This document shows positions 8,225 through 16,973 of a stretch of DNA of 64,000 nucleotides, piece after piece. The translations under genes and the position numbers were made by a program. Origin of the DNA: an uncultured Candidatus Saccharibacteria bacterium. Lineage in GTDB: Bacteria > Patescibacteriota > Minisyncoccia > Phycocordibacterales > JAACPR01. The notes under the pieces are model-generated. The model had not been told where the DNA came from. It saw nothing but the letters and a program-made list of their open reading frames with translations, and ran no database searches. The stretch's first letter is position 1. Each line of letters starts with the position of its first letter. Location of the stretch: positions 41,706 to 105,705 of the forward strand of contig CAZVRT010000002.1 of the NCBI GenBank assembly GCA_964630375.1, written 5' to 3'.

Positions 8225-9217
8225 TCAAATCTTTAAAAACTTCTCAACAATCTCCTCAACTTCCTCCAAATCTTTTGCATCCATTAGTTGAATGCGTAAT
8301 TCTTTTGCCCCATCAAAACCTTCAACGTAAGCTTTATAGTGCTTCTTCATAACAGAAAAATTTTTGTGGGGTAAAATTTCTAAAAAAAGTTTTGTATGTT
8401 CAATCATCACTCGCAATCTTTCTTCAACACTAATATCATAATCACGAATAATTTCCGGATTGAAAAACCAAGGATTTCCAAAAATTCCACGACCAACCAT
8501 TACACCATCAACACCAGTTTCTTCTGAAACTTGTTTTGCCTTTTCCAAAGAATCAATGTCTCCGTTTCCAAGTAAAATTGTTTCAGGAGAAATTTTATCT
8601 CGTAGCTCCACAGCTTTTTTTGCAAGTTCCCAATGTGCAGGAACTTTTGACATTTCTTGCCGAGTTCTCCAATGAATTGTTAAAGCCGCCGGTTTTGTAG
8701 AAAGAATTTCTGAAATCCAGTTTTCCATTTCTTCGATTTTGTTGTAGCCGATGCGAGTTTTTACCGAGATTGGTAGGAGCGGCGCGCCTTGGCGCGCCGC
8801 TCCTACCAAACTTTTCGCCAACTCCGGATTTTTAATCAACGCCGCCCCACTCTTTTGTTTTTCAACACCTCGATCAGGGCAACCCATGTTTATATCAATT
8901 CCATCAAATCCCAAATCTTGCACCAACTTCGCAGCACCCATCATCATCTCAGGCTTTCCAGAAAAAAGTTGTGCCACAATTGGTCTTTCCTCTTCTGTAT
9001 ATTCCAAATCTTTTAACAACTTTTGCTTTGAAGAAAACCCTGAATCATCAAAATTATCATCAGGTGCCATTATCAAACCATCAGCAGAAACAAATTCTGT
9101 CCAAGTAACATCCGGTTTTCCATATTTTGCAAACAAACGACGAAAAGGCGCATCTGTAACATCCGCCATCGGTGCCAAAACAATTATTGGTTTTTTCAAC
9201 TTCTGCCAAAAATTCAT
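8225..9217 (-). CDS. dus: tRNA-dihydrouridine synthase
   Basis: 'VLAPMADVTDAPFR', 'GFDGIDINMGCP' and 'ISVKTRIGY' are TIM-barrel Dus signatures. A 40-nt perfect GC-rich palindrome sits inside the CDS at 8770-8809. Confidence 0.85.
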   Translation of the reverse strand: MNFWQKLKKPIIVLAPMADVTDAPFRRLFAKYGKPDVTWTEFVSADGLIMAPDDNFDDSGFSSKQKLLKDLEYTEEERPIVAQLFSGKPEMMMGAAKLVQDLGFDGIDINMGCPDRGVEKQKSGAALIKNPELAKSLVGAARQGAPLLPISVKTRIGYNKIEEMENWISEILSTKPAALTIHWRTRQEMSKVPAHWELAKKAVELRDKISPETILLGNGDIDSLEKAKQVSEETGVDGVMVGRGIFGNPWFFNPEIIRDYDISVEERLRVMIEHTKLFLEILPHKNFSVMKKHYKAYVEGFDGAKELRIQLMDAKDLEEVEEIVEKFLKI

Positions 9218-9225
9218 CTGCCTAT

Positions 9226-10236
9226 TTATTCATATCGCACATTCTTTTGCAAGAACGACAAAATATTTCTTGTATCTCTCTCAATATCTTGGGTGTTCAA
9301 AATAATAATCGCAATTTTTCTTTCGCCAAAATCCGCATCACCATTCAACTTCACACTAAACAACCCAACATTCGTTTTTCCGGCTGCACTAATATATCCA
9401 TTCTTTCCTCCCAAATAATTTTTATCACCTTTAAATCTAGAATTCGAATGCCAAACTTTTCTTCCAAGACGATAATTTTTCTCTTGTGTAATTTCAAAAA
9501 TAAAACTTCTGTATTTATAAATATACTGACTTAGTGAAAATAAATCCTTCACACTTGAAACATTTTTTGAAGAAAGTCCACTCGGATCTTCGAAAGAAGT
9601 TTTTTCTAAATTTAAAATTTTTGCCCGTTCGTTCATATCAAGCAAAAAAGTATATCGATTATCAAATTCAGAAATAACTTCAGCCGCGTCGTTTGAAGAT
9701 TCCAACAACAGAGGATATAAAAGCTCTTCTATTGTATATTTTTCTCCTCTGTTTAAATTTCCCTGCTCGCCCGTTGTTGAAACAGCACGACTAGAAACAA
9801 CAGTTTCTTTTTCTAAACCAATCTTTTCATCAGCAATCACCGCAGTCATAAGTTTCGTCACAGAAGCAATTGGCACCGAAGCATCTTCTCCTCTGCTAAA
9901 AATAACCTGATTAGTTTCTATATCTCCAACCAAAAAATACTTTGCGGAAATATTCGGAAACTTTGCATCTTCTTCCACGTAATAATTTCTAAAATTTGTT
10001 GTTGGGACTTCTCCATTTCTATCAGAATAAGGTCCACCCAAACCTCCTCTAACAATAATATCTCTACCAAAACTTATTCGTAAATTATTTTTATATTTTT
10101 CAGAAGCAAAAACATAAACACCTTGAGAAACTTTCACAAAACCAACTCCTGCAAAATACAAAATCACTAAACAAAGTAACCCTAAAAGAGAGATAACAAC
10201 CTTATTATTTTTTAACAACAATTTCGCCGTTTTCAT
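9226..10236 (-). CDS. D-alanyl-D-alanine carboxypeptidase (peptidase S11 / PBP5-like), membrane anchored
   Basis: N-terminal TM segment, an SxxK motif 'SVTKLMTA' and an SxN motif 'ESSNDAA'. Confidence 0.65.
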   Translation of the reverse strand: MKTAKLLLKNNKVVISLLGLLCLVILYFAGVGFVKVSQGVYVFASEKYKNNLRISFGRDIIVRGGLGGPYSDRNGEVPTTNFRNYYVEEDAKFPNISAKYFLVGDIETNQVIFSRGEDASVPIASVTKLMTAVIADEKIGLEKETVVSSRAVSTTGEQGNLNRGEKYTIEELLYPLLLESSNDAAEVISEFDNRYTFLLDMNERAKILNLEKTSFEDPSGLSSKNVSSVKDLFSLSQYIYKYRSFIFEITQEKNYRLGRKVWHSNSRFKGDKNYLGGKNGYISAAGKTNVGLFSVKLNGDADFGERKIAIIILNTQDIERDTRNILSFLQKNVRYE

Positions 10237-12622
10237 TTGGAATCAACACTATTCTATCACCATTTTTAATATCTCCCTTAATAATCGCATCTGCAATCTT
10301 TTTCTCAACAACATCCTGAATTGTTCGTTTTATAGCTCTGGCGCCGAATTTAGGGTCAATTCCAACCTTTACAAGATAAGTTACAAGTAAATCCGTAAGT
10401 TCAATTTTCAGATTTTTATCACTCAATCTCTTATTTAAATTTGTCAGCATCAATTTAACAACCTCCGCCAACGCTTTTTCATCAAGTGGATGAAAAATCA
10501 CAACTCCATCAAATCGATTCAATAATTCTGGTCTAAAAATATTTTCACTGATAATTTTATCAATTATTAAATGCTGTTCCGCAACAATGTCAGATTTATT
10601 TTTTATAGCTTCATAAATCAGAGCACTTCCGGCGTTTGAAGTTGCAATGATAATTAAATTTCTTGCATTAATTCTTTCTCCGCGACCATCTGTAAAAAAT
10701 CCTTCATCCAAAACTTGCAAAAACAAATCTTGAACTTCTCTCGCACTTTTTTCAAACTCATCCAAAAGCAAGACTCCGTATTGTGATTCTCGTAATTTTG
10801 CCGCCAAAAATCCAGGTATGTTTGTATTATATGAACCAATCAGTTTTTCCAAAGAATTGTCGCTTGAATACTCTGACATATCGATACGAATAATTTTTTC
10901 TTCATCACCAAAGAAAACTTCTGCAAGTGCTTTTGTTGTTTCAGTTTTTCCAACTCCGGTCGGACCTAAAAACAAAAATGATCCCATCGGTCTTTTTGAA
11001 TCAGTTAACCCAGCTCGAGATCGACGGATAGAGGATGAAATTGAATTTATCGCCAAATCTTGTCCAACAATTCTTTCATGCAAGATATTTTCTAAATTAT
11101 TTAATTTATCCTTTTCGTCTTCACGAATTTCTCCTTGAGGAATTCCTGTTCTTTTTTCAACAATTTTTTCTACATTTTCTCGTGTAATTATTTTCATTTT
11201 CTTTCCATCAACAGAATCAGCTGCAACTTCATTTAAAATATCCACAGATTTGTCATACGAAGAATCATCGGCAAAATATCTCTCAGCACTTTTCACAACT
11301 TCCACTAAAGATTGATATGTAAAAAATACCGGCAACTTTGATTCGATAATATTCGCTTCGTTGTTTATTACTTGAACAATTGATTCGTAGCCCAAATCAG
11401 GAACAATAACTTTTTCAAAATACCTTGTTAATTCATGAGCAGTTTCAATTGTTTCGTGATATGCGCGGTTGTTTGCAATTGCAATAACCTGCAATCTCTC
11501 AGAAGAAAGCGCCTTTGATAAAAAGCTTTTCACATCAACGTCCAAAGAATCTGCACTCAAAATAAAATGCGGCAAATCTTTAATCACCAAGATTACATTT
11601 CCAGCATTCAAAACTTGAGCAAAAACATTATTCAACTCAGTTTCCAAATCAACCTTTTCTCGCATCGAATCAATAATTGCATCAGTATCAAAAACATAAA
11701 CTCGCTTCCCTTCAACCTCAGCACGAACAGTTCTATTTTCAATTTCTTTTCCCAAAGCAGAAACCCATTGCATTGCCAATGCAGTTTCATTTGCAATCAA
11801 CAAAATATTTGCACCACTTTGCTTCGCTAAAATTCGTTCTAAATTATTTACATCGTTTTCAAAAAGTGACAATCTTCCAATCACTGACTGAAATGCAGGA
11901 TCGTTTGAAATCGAGTAACCATACTTTTCCAAATTATAAATTTGCCCGTAAGACCAATCTCGTCCAATCGACGGAATCCGAGACAATCTGTCTTCATGCC
12001 ACCAAGCATATCTTTCAACAAAAGTTTTTTGATTTTGCGCCACCCAATCCAAAACACCTTTCCAAATATTTCCATCAACTCCAAAAGCTTTTAGAAAATT
12101 CGCAAACTCAATATCAAAATGCAAAATTGAACGCGCGTATTCTGAAATTGAAATAAAAGGATCTGCGTCATTTTCAATTACATAAAACTCATCTTTTGTA
12201 ACTTTATCTTTTCTTTCTTTTAAAAATCTTTTTACTTCTTTTTGAGAAATGCCCAATCTCAACATTACAAATCTTCCAACTTCAGAGCGCAAAAAACTTT
12301 TTGTAATATCATCTTCTGTCGTATCGTTAACAATAGTCGCAACTTCAAAATCCATTGATTTGTCTTTTGAAAAATAATAAGAATAAAACATTGCCTCGAC
12401 CATATAAGTGAAAATCCAAAAACTAAACAAAATGAAAAGAGCTCCGCGGATATTGTAAGTATATGCAGGAAACAATTTAAAAATCATCACTGCAAACAAA
12501 GTAAGAATAAACAAAGTTAAAAATCTTCGAATTTTTCTTCTAGTATTAAAAGAAACTATTTTCTCTAAAACCAGAGCCGGAAACACTTCTTCTACTTTTT
12601 GTGTTAATTGATGAAATTTCAT
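10205..12622 (-). CDS. Membrane-anchored Clp/Hsp100-family AAA+ ATPase with a degenerate first nucleotide-binding domain
   Basis: The C-terminal D2 is intact: 'GQDLAINSISSSIRRSRAG', Walker A 'FLFLGPTGVGKTETTKALA', Walker B 'GVLLLDEFEKS', sensor 'ATSNAGS' and 'GARAIKRTIQ'. The N-terminus has two TM helices. The D1-like region lacks Walker A. Confidence 0.65.
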   Translation of the reverse strand: MKFHQLTQKVEEVFPALVLEKIVSFNTRRKIRRFLTLFILTLFAVMIFKLFPAYTYNIRGALFILFSFWIFTYMVEAMFYSYYFSKDKSMDFEVATIVNDTTEDDITKSFLRSEVGRFVMLRLGISQKEVKRFLKERKDKVTKDEFYVIENDADPFISISEYARSILHFDIEFANFLKAFGVDGNIWKGVLDWVAQNQKTFVERYAWWHEDRLSRIPSIGRDWSYGQIYNLEKYGYSISNDPAFQSVIGRLSLFENDVNNLERILAKQSGANILLIANETALAMQWVSALGKEIENRTVRAEVEGKRVYVFDTDAIIDSMREKVDLETELNNVFAQVLNAGNVILVIKDLPHFILSADSLDVDVKSFLSKALSSERLQVIAIANNRAYHETIETAHELTRYFEKVIVPDLGYESIVQVINNEANIIESKLPVFFTYQSLVEVVKSAERYFADDSSYDKSVDILNEVAADSVDGKKMKIITRENVEKIVEKRTGIPQGEIREDEKDKLNNLENILHERIVGQDLAINSISSSIRRSRAGLTDSKRPMGSFLFLGPTGVGKTETTKALAEVFFGDEEKIIRIDMSEYSSDNSLEKLIGSYNTNIPGFLAAKLRESQYGVLLLDEFEKSAREVQDLFLQVLDEGFFTDGRGERINARNLIIIATSNAGSALIYEAIKNKSDIVAEQHLIIDKIISENIFRPELLNRFDGVVIFHPLDEKALAEVVKLMLTNLNKRLSDKNLKIELTDLLVTYLVKVGIDPKFGARAIKRTIQDVVEKKIADAIIKGDIKNGDRIVLIPNENGEIVVKK

Positions 12623-13020
12623 AATTTTGGAATCTTAAACAATGCAACCACACCTAAAATAAACATTCCCACCAAAACTACCGGCGCTACCAGCCACGCA
12701 AGAAAAAATACGAAATAAAATATTGTAAAAATTACAAATGAAAAAATTCCCAAAATAATAAAAAATGTTCGAACTAAAAATCCAACAATTCTCATTAGAA
12801 AATTTGTCACCAAAGCCGAAAAGAAAGCTTCTATATCAAATTTCTTTTCTGGTTTTACACTTAATCTTTGAAAAGGAGAAAACAAAGTTTTCAAGAGTAA
12901 ATTAATTGAAAACATATTCCAAATAAACATTGAGAAATCTTTAAACAAATTTACCAAATCAGAAATGGCTTTTGTGTAATGCCAAGAAATGTAATGAGGA
13001 AAAATTAATAAGAAATTCAT
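12619..13020 (-). CDS. Hypothetical membrane protein, 133 aa; 4-nt overlap with the Clp-like gene
   Basis: Hydrophobic C-terminal half. The overlapping stop and start suggest an operon. Confidence 0.35.
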   Translation of the reverse strand: MNFLLIFPHYISWHYTKAISDLVNLFKDFSMFIWNMFSINLLLKTLFSPFQRLSVKPEKKFDIEAFFSALVTNFLMRIVGFLVRTFFIILGIFSFVIFTIFYFVFFLAWLVAPVVLVGMFILGVVALFKIPKL

Positions 13021-13040
13021 CTCAAATATTATAACAAGAA

Positions 13041-13931
13041 TTATTTAAGCTTGTAGAATACCCTGTTACCAAATCTCAAATCAATGTAATCAATATTTGA
13101 AAACTGTGCTTGATTTATCGCATCTCGTTTTATTACAGTCTCCAGATTATCAAAAACATCCACAATATTATCTTTGCTATCTATATAAATTTTTACTTTT
13201 TCTTTTGTGACAAATGCATAAACTTCCCCATTTGTAGTCCAAACTTGATCAGAAACAATATTCAATCTTCTCAAAAGTTTTGTAAATTCAACCAAAGAAG
13301 CAAATGTTTTTTTATTTGCATAAGTTTGTCTCAAAGGATCAGAAGTAATCCCACCGAAGAATTTGATAACTTCTTGATTATTATCATAATCGGTTGGAGA
13401 AAATACAATTCCAGAATCGTTTAAGAAGAAACAATTTTGCCCGCTAAAAGAAGTTAAAACCTGAGGAATTGCACTTGAAACTTTATCTTGATTTTCTGCA
13501 TCATGAGAAAGCAAAGTAGCCGGAGTAACCGGCACATCGCACCAAATCGCATTCGCAACATACTCTTCAATCTCCAGTTCAATTTCAGTTAAACCTTTTA
13601 CATCAAGATCAACTTTTTTTATTGACGGGAAATTACTTTTTAATTCTTTATAAATATTTCCTCTCGGCAAAATAAAAATATTTGATTTAGCAAAAAGACC
13701 AAAAAATCTTCCGTCTAATTGATTTTTGGTAGCCAACTCAACTTCTTCCCGATTTGCATACTCCAATTCATTTACAACAATTCTTTGAACTCGAAAATAA
13801 CTTGCATTCAGCACGTAAACAAAAAAAACTAAAATAGAAATCGTCACAACCAAGAAAATAATAAGACGAAGTTTTTTTTGCTTCTTCTTTTTTTCTCGAA
13901 GTTTTCTAGATTGATAAGGATTAGCTTGCAT
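13041..13931 (-). CDS. Cell division protein FtsQ/DivIB-like (POTRA domain)
   Basis: Lys-rich N-terminus, then a single TM helix, then a POTRA-like 'FRVQRIVVNELEYANREEVELATKNQLDGRFFGLFAKSNIFILPRGNIYKELKSNFPSIKKVDLDVKGLTEIELEIEEY'. Confidence 0.45.
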   Translation of the reverse strand: MQANPYQSRKLREKKKKQKKLRLIIFLVVTISILVFFVYVLNASYFRVQRIVVNELEYANREEVELATKNQLDGRFFGLFAKSNIFILPRGNIYKELKSNFPSIKKVDLDVKGLTEIELEIEEYVANAIWCDVPVTPATLLSHDAENQDKVSSAIPQVLTSFSGQNCFFLNDSGIVFSPTDYDNNQEVIKFFGGITSDPLRQTYANKKTFASLVEFTKLLRRLNIVSDQVWTTNGEVYAFVTKEKVKIYIDSKDNIVDVFDNLETVIKRDAINQAQFSNIDYIDLRFGNRVFYKLK

Positions 13932-13944
13932 CCAAAATATTCTA

Positions 13945-15231
13945 CTACGATTTTATGATTTCTGTATCCCCAGTATATTTTCTTAGAACTTCTGGAATCA
14001 AAACACTTCCGTCTTCTTGTTGATAGTTTTCAATAATTGCAATTAACATTCTTCCAATAGCAAATAAAGTCGCATCGTTCATGTGAACAAATTCCAATTT
14101 TCCTTCCGGATTTTTATATCGAGTATTAAGGCGACGCGGTTGGAAACTTGTCATTAAGTCCGCTGAATGAGTTTCTCGATATGTATTTTGTCCAGGCATC
14201 CAAGTTTCAATATCAATTTGTCGATAATCTGGCAGACCCATATCACCTGTACAAACATGCACAACTTGATGAGGAAGATTTAATTTTCTAAGCATGTATT
14301 CTTGAATAGCAACTAAAAATTCTTGTTCTCGCAAAGAATCTTCAGGTTTTGTAAAAGATTCCATTTCCATTTTATCGAATTGGTGTTGTCGCAAAATTCC
14401 TTTTGTATCTTTTCCGTATGAACCGGCTTCTCTTCTGAAACATGTTGAGTATCCTAAATATCTCAAAGGCAATTCTTCCGCAGGAATAACTTCATCCATG
14501 TGCATAGAACCAACAGTATGCTCTGCACTTCCTGCAAGATAAACATCATCCTGTTCAAGATAATATTTATCTTCTTTTGGTTCTAGGCGAGCCATTCTGT
14601 TGTAGACAGCAGGTTTTACAAAAACAGGAGGAACAACAGGAATAAAAGGTTTTGTGCTTACATTCAATCCGGCTTCTTCTGAAATAACTTTCAAAGTTTC
14701 TTCATTCGTTAAAACATCAAACGCAAATTGCACTAATGCAAATTGAACTCGTACCAAATCGCCTTTTATGTATGTAAATCGAGAACCAGAAACATTAACC
14801 GCTCTTTCGCTGTCGATAATGTTTAAATCTTTTCCTAAATCCCAGTGAGCTTTTGGTTCAAAATTAAATTTTGGAATTTCTCCCCATTGTCGGATAACTT
14901 TATTTTCTGTGTCGTCTTTTCCGATTGGAGTATCAGCTGAAGGAATGTTTGGGATTTTCAACATCAATGAGATGAAATTTTTTTCAACTTCTGCAAGCTC
15001 AGCATCAACAGCAGAACCTTCTTCTTTTAATTGTTTACCAAGTTCAATATTTTGAGATTTAGCCGCCTCATTTCGTTTTGTGTTTATATCGGCAAGTTTT
15101 TGTCCTAAATCTTTCTTTTTATCAGCAAGGTTTAAAAGCTCATCAAGATCAACGACCTCTCGAACACTCTTATTCTGCATAGCCATTTCTACAATTTCTC
15201 GGTTTTCTCGGATGAATTTTGTGTCTAACAT
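13945..15231 (-). CDS. serS: Seryl-tRNA synthetase
   Basis: N-terminal coiled-coil arm and class II core 'YLGYSTCFRREAGSYGKDTKGILRQHQFDKMEMESF'. Confidence 0.9.
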   Translation of the reverse strand: MLDTKFIRENREIVEMAMQNKSVREVVDLDELLNLADKKKDLGQKLADINTKRNEAAKSQNIELGKQLKEEGSAVDAELAEVEKNFISLMLKIPNIPSADTPIGKDDTENKVIRQWGEIPKFNFEPKAHWDLGKDLNIIDSERAVNVSGSRFTYIKGDLVRVQFALVQFAFDVLTNEETLKVISEEAGLNVSTKPFIPVVPPVFVKPAVYNRMARLEPKEDKYYLEQDDVYLAGSAEHTVGSMHMDEVIPAEELPLRYLGYSTCFRREAGSYGKDTKGILRQHQFDKMEMESFTKPEDSLREQEFLVAIQEYMLRKLNLPHQVVHVCTGDMGLPDYRQIDIETWMPGQNTYRETHSADLMTSFQPRRLNTRYKNPEGKLEFVHMNDATLFAIGRMLIAIIENYQQEDGSVLIPEVLRKYTGDTEIIKS

Positions 15232-15246
15232 TTTAGTATTTCTTTA

Positions 15247-16188
15247 TTGGGACATAATAACAAAAATGATAAATATAAGCCAATGTTTGAAAAATGTAAG
15301 ATTTTAGAAAAAAATTATTGGTCGCAAAAGTTGAACGAAACGCCATTTCCGCCGAAAAAGTTATTTTATGTCGGAACAATGCCGAATTTTTTTGATGAAT
15401 CTCAGAAGTATTTGGCAATTGTTGGTTCGAGAAAATTTAGCTCGTATGGAAAGCAAGCGTGTGAACATATAATAGAAGGATTGCGTGGTTATCCGATTAC
15501 CATAGTTTCAGGATTGGCGCTCGGCATTGATAGCATCGCTCATCATAAAGCAGTTGAATGTGGCTTGCATTGCGTCGCGGTGCCTGGCTCCGGTCTCGCG
15601 CCCCAAACCCTCTACCCTCCCAAAAATCATCGTCTCGCCGAAAAAATTATTGAAAACGACGGATGTTTAATTTCAGAATTTGAACCGGAAATGCCAGCGC
15701 TACCCTGGATGTTTCCTCAACGAAACAGAATCATGGCTGGTTTGTGTGATGCGGTTTTGATAATAGAAGCAGAAGAAAAATCCGGGACACTTATCACCGC
15801 GCGACTCGCACTGGATTACAACCGAGAAGTTTTGACAATTCCGCATTCTATTTTTTCTGCCAATGGCACTGGCTCGAATAAACTTTTGAAAGACGGCGCA
15901 CATCTTGTGACTTCTGCGAAAGATATTTTGGAGATTTTGGGTTTTGATGTTGATGGAGATGATGGCGATGGTGAAAATTCACAAAACAAAAACCGACAAA
16001 AAAGTTTTGATTTCAAAAACTTCACCGCCGAAGAAATTTTAATAATTGAAAATCTAAACGAGCCACAAACAATAGAAGAATTAATTTTCAAAATCGACCT
16101 GCCAGCTGAAAAAATAAACCAAACTATTTCGTTGTTGCAGATTAAAAATATTATTACAAGAAATGAGAATTATATTCAACTAATCTAA
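15247..16188 (+). CDS. dprA: DNA processing protein DprA/Smf
   Basis: 'IVGSRKFSSYGKQACEHI', 'IVSGLALGIDSIAHHKA' and 'PQRNRIMAGLCDAVLIIEAEEKSGTLITARLALDYNREV'. A local GC-rich patch lies at 15520-15650. Confidence 0.8.
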   Translation: MGHNNKNDKYKPMFEKCKILEKNYWSQKLNETPFPPKKLFYVGTMPNFFDESQKYLAIVGSRKFSSYGKQACEHIIEGLRGYPITIVSGLALGIDSIAHHKAVECGLHCVAVPGSGLAPQTLYPPKNHRLAEKIIENDGCLISEFEPEMPALPWMFPQRNRIMAGLCDAVLIIEAEEKSGTLITARLALDYNREVLTIPHSIFSANGTGSNKLLKDGAHLVTSAKDILEILGFDVDGDDGDGENSQNKNRQKSFDFKNFTAEEILIIENLNEPQTIEELIFKIDLPAEKINQTISLLQIKNIITRNENYIQLI

Positions 16189-16830
16189 ATCAGAATTTTT
16201 AGCTTCTTCAAGGTACTCGGCAACTAAACCAAGCATAAGATTTTTTGTATCAGGATGTGAATTGTATACAATTTTCTTTTCTGTTAGTTCTTCTCTAAAT
16301 TGTGCAAGAAAACTTGGAATATCTAAAGTCTGCCAAGACGGCATTTTTTGGAGAGTTTCTTCCAAGTCATCAGTTACAGACATAACTGCAGGCACATCAG
16401 CACTTTCGCCAAGTGATTTAATTAGTTCATAACCACCTCGCATTGTTTTTGGAGCAAAATGAGTCGGTACAAAAACTCCATATTTCAAATATCCAAGCAA
16501 ATAACCTTTTTCTCGTTCACCAAAAGCAAAAGTTGAATCAAAACTCATTCCTTCAAAATGAGAAATAAATCTTTCTTCTTCCAACGGCTCTCTATCTCTT
16601 CGTGAAATAGCAGCTGAATACCATTCATGAATTTCTTCTAAAGTAACACCTTGTCTTTCAAAAATATCTGAAGTTGAAATCAAATCACTAGGAATTTCAT
16701 ATTCAGTTTCTGATTCTTTATCTTCTTTATCCTGCTTAAACTCTTCAAATTCTTCCAAACCCGCCTGAATTTCATCTTGTAAATCTTTTTCTTCTTTATT
16801 TTTAGTTGTCCAAAAATTTTCAAATCCCAT
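16180..16830 (-). CDS. Hypothetical acidic protein, 216 aa
   Basis: ORF with a Glu/Asp-rich N-terminus. No family motif recognised. Confidence 0.35.
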   Translation of the reverse strand: MGFENFWTTKNKEEKDLQDEIQAGLEEFEEFKQDKEDKESETEYEIPSDLISTSDIFERQGVTLEEIHEWYSAAISRRDREPLEEERFISHFEGMSFDSTFAFGEREKGYLLGYLKYGVFVPTHFAPKTMRGGYELIKSLGESADVPAVMSVTDDLEETLQKMPSWQTLDIPSFLAQFREELTEKKIVYNSHPDTKNLMLGLVAEYLEEAKNSDLD

Positions 16831-16973
16831 AACCAGAATTATAGCTTATTCTTATAATTTTAGATATTAAACTAAATGACACATCCCCACCAAAAATTTG
16901 CCAAACAAATAATCGTGTAGTATTACTTGAAGAGCGTTTAAAAAATAACTTCGCCAATTAACCAAGCAACTTT

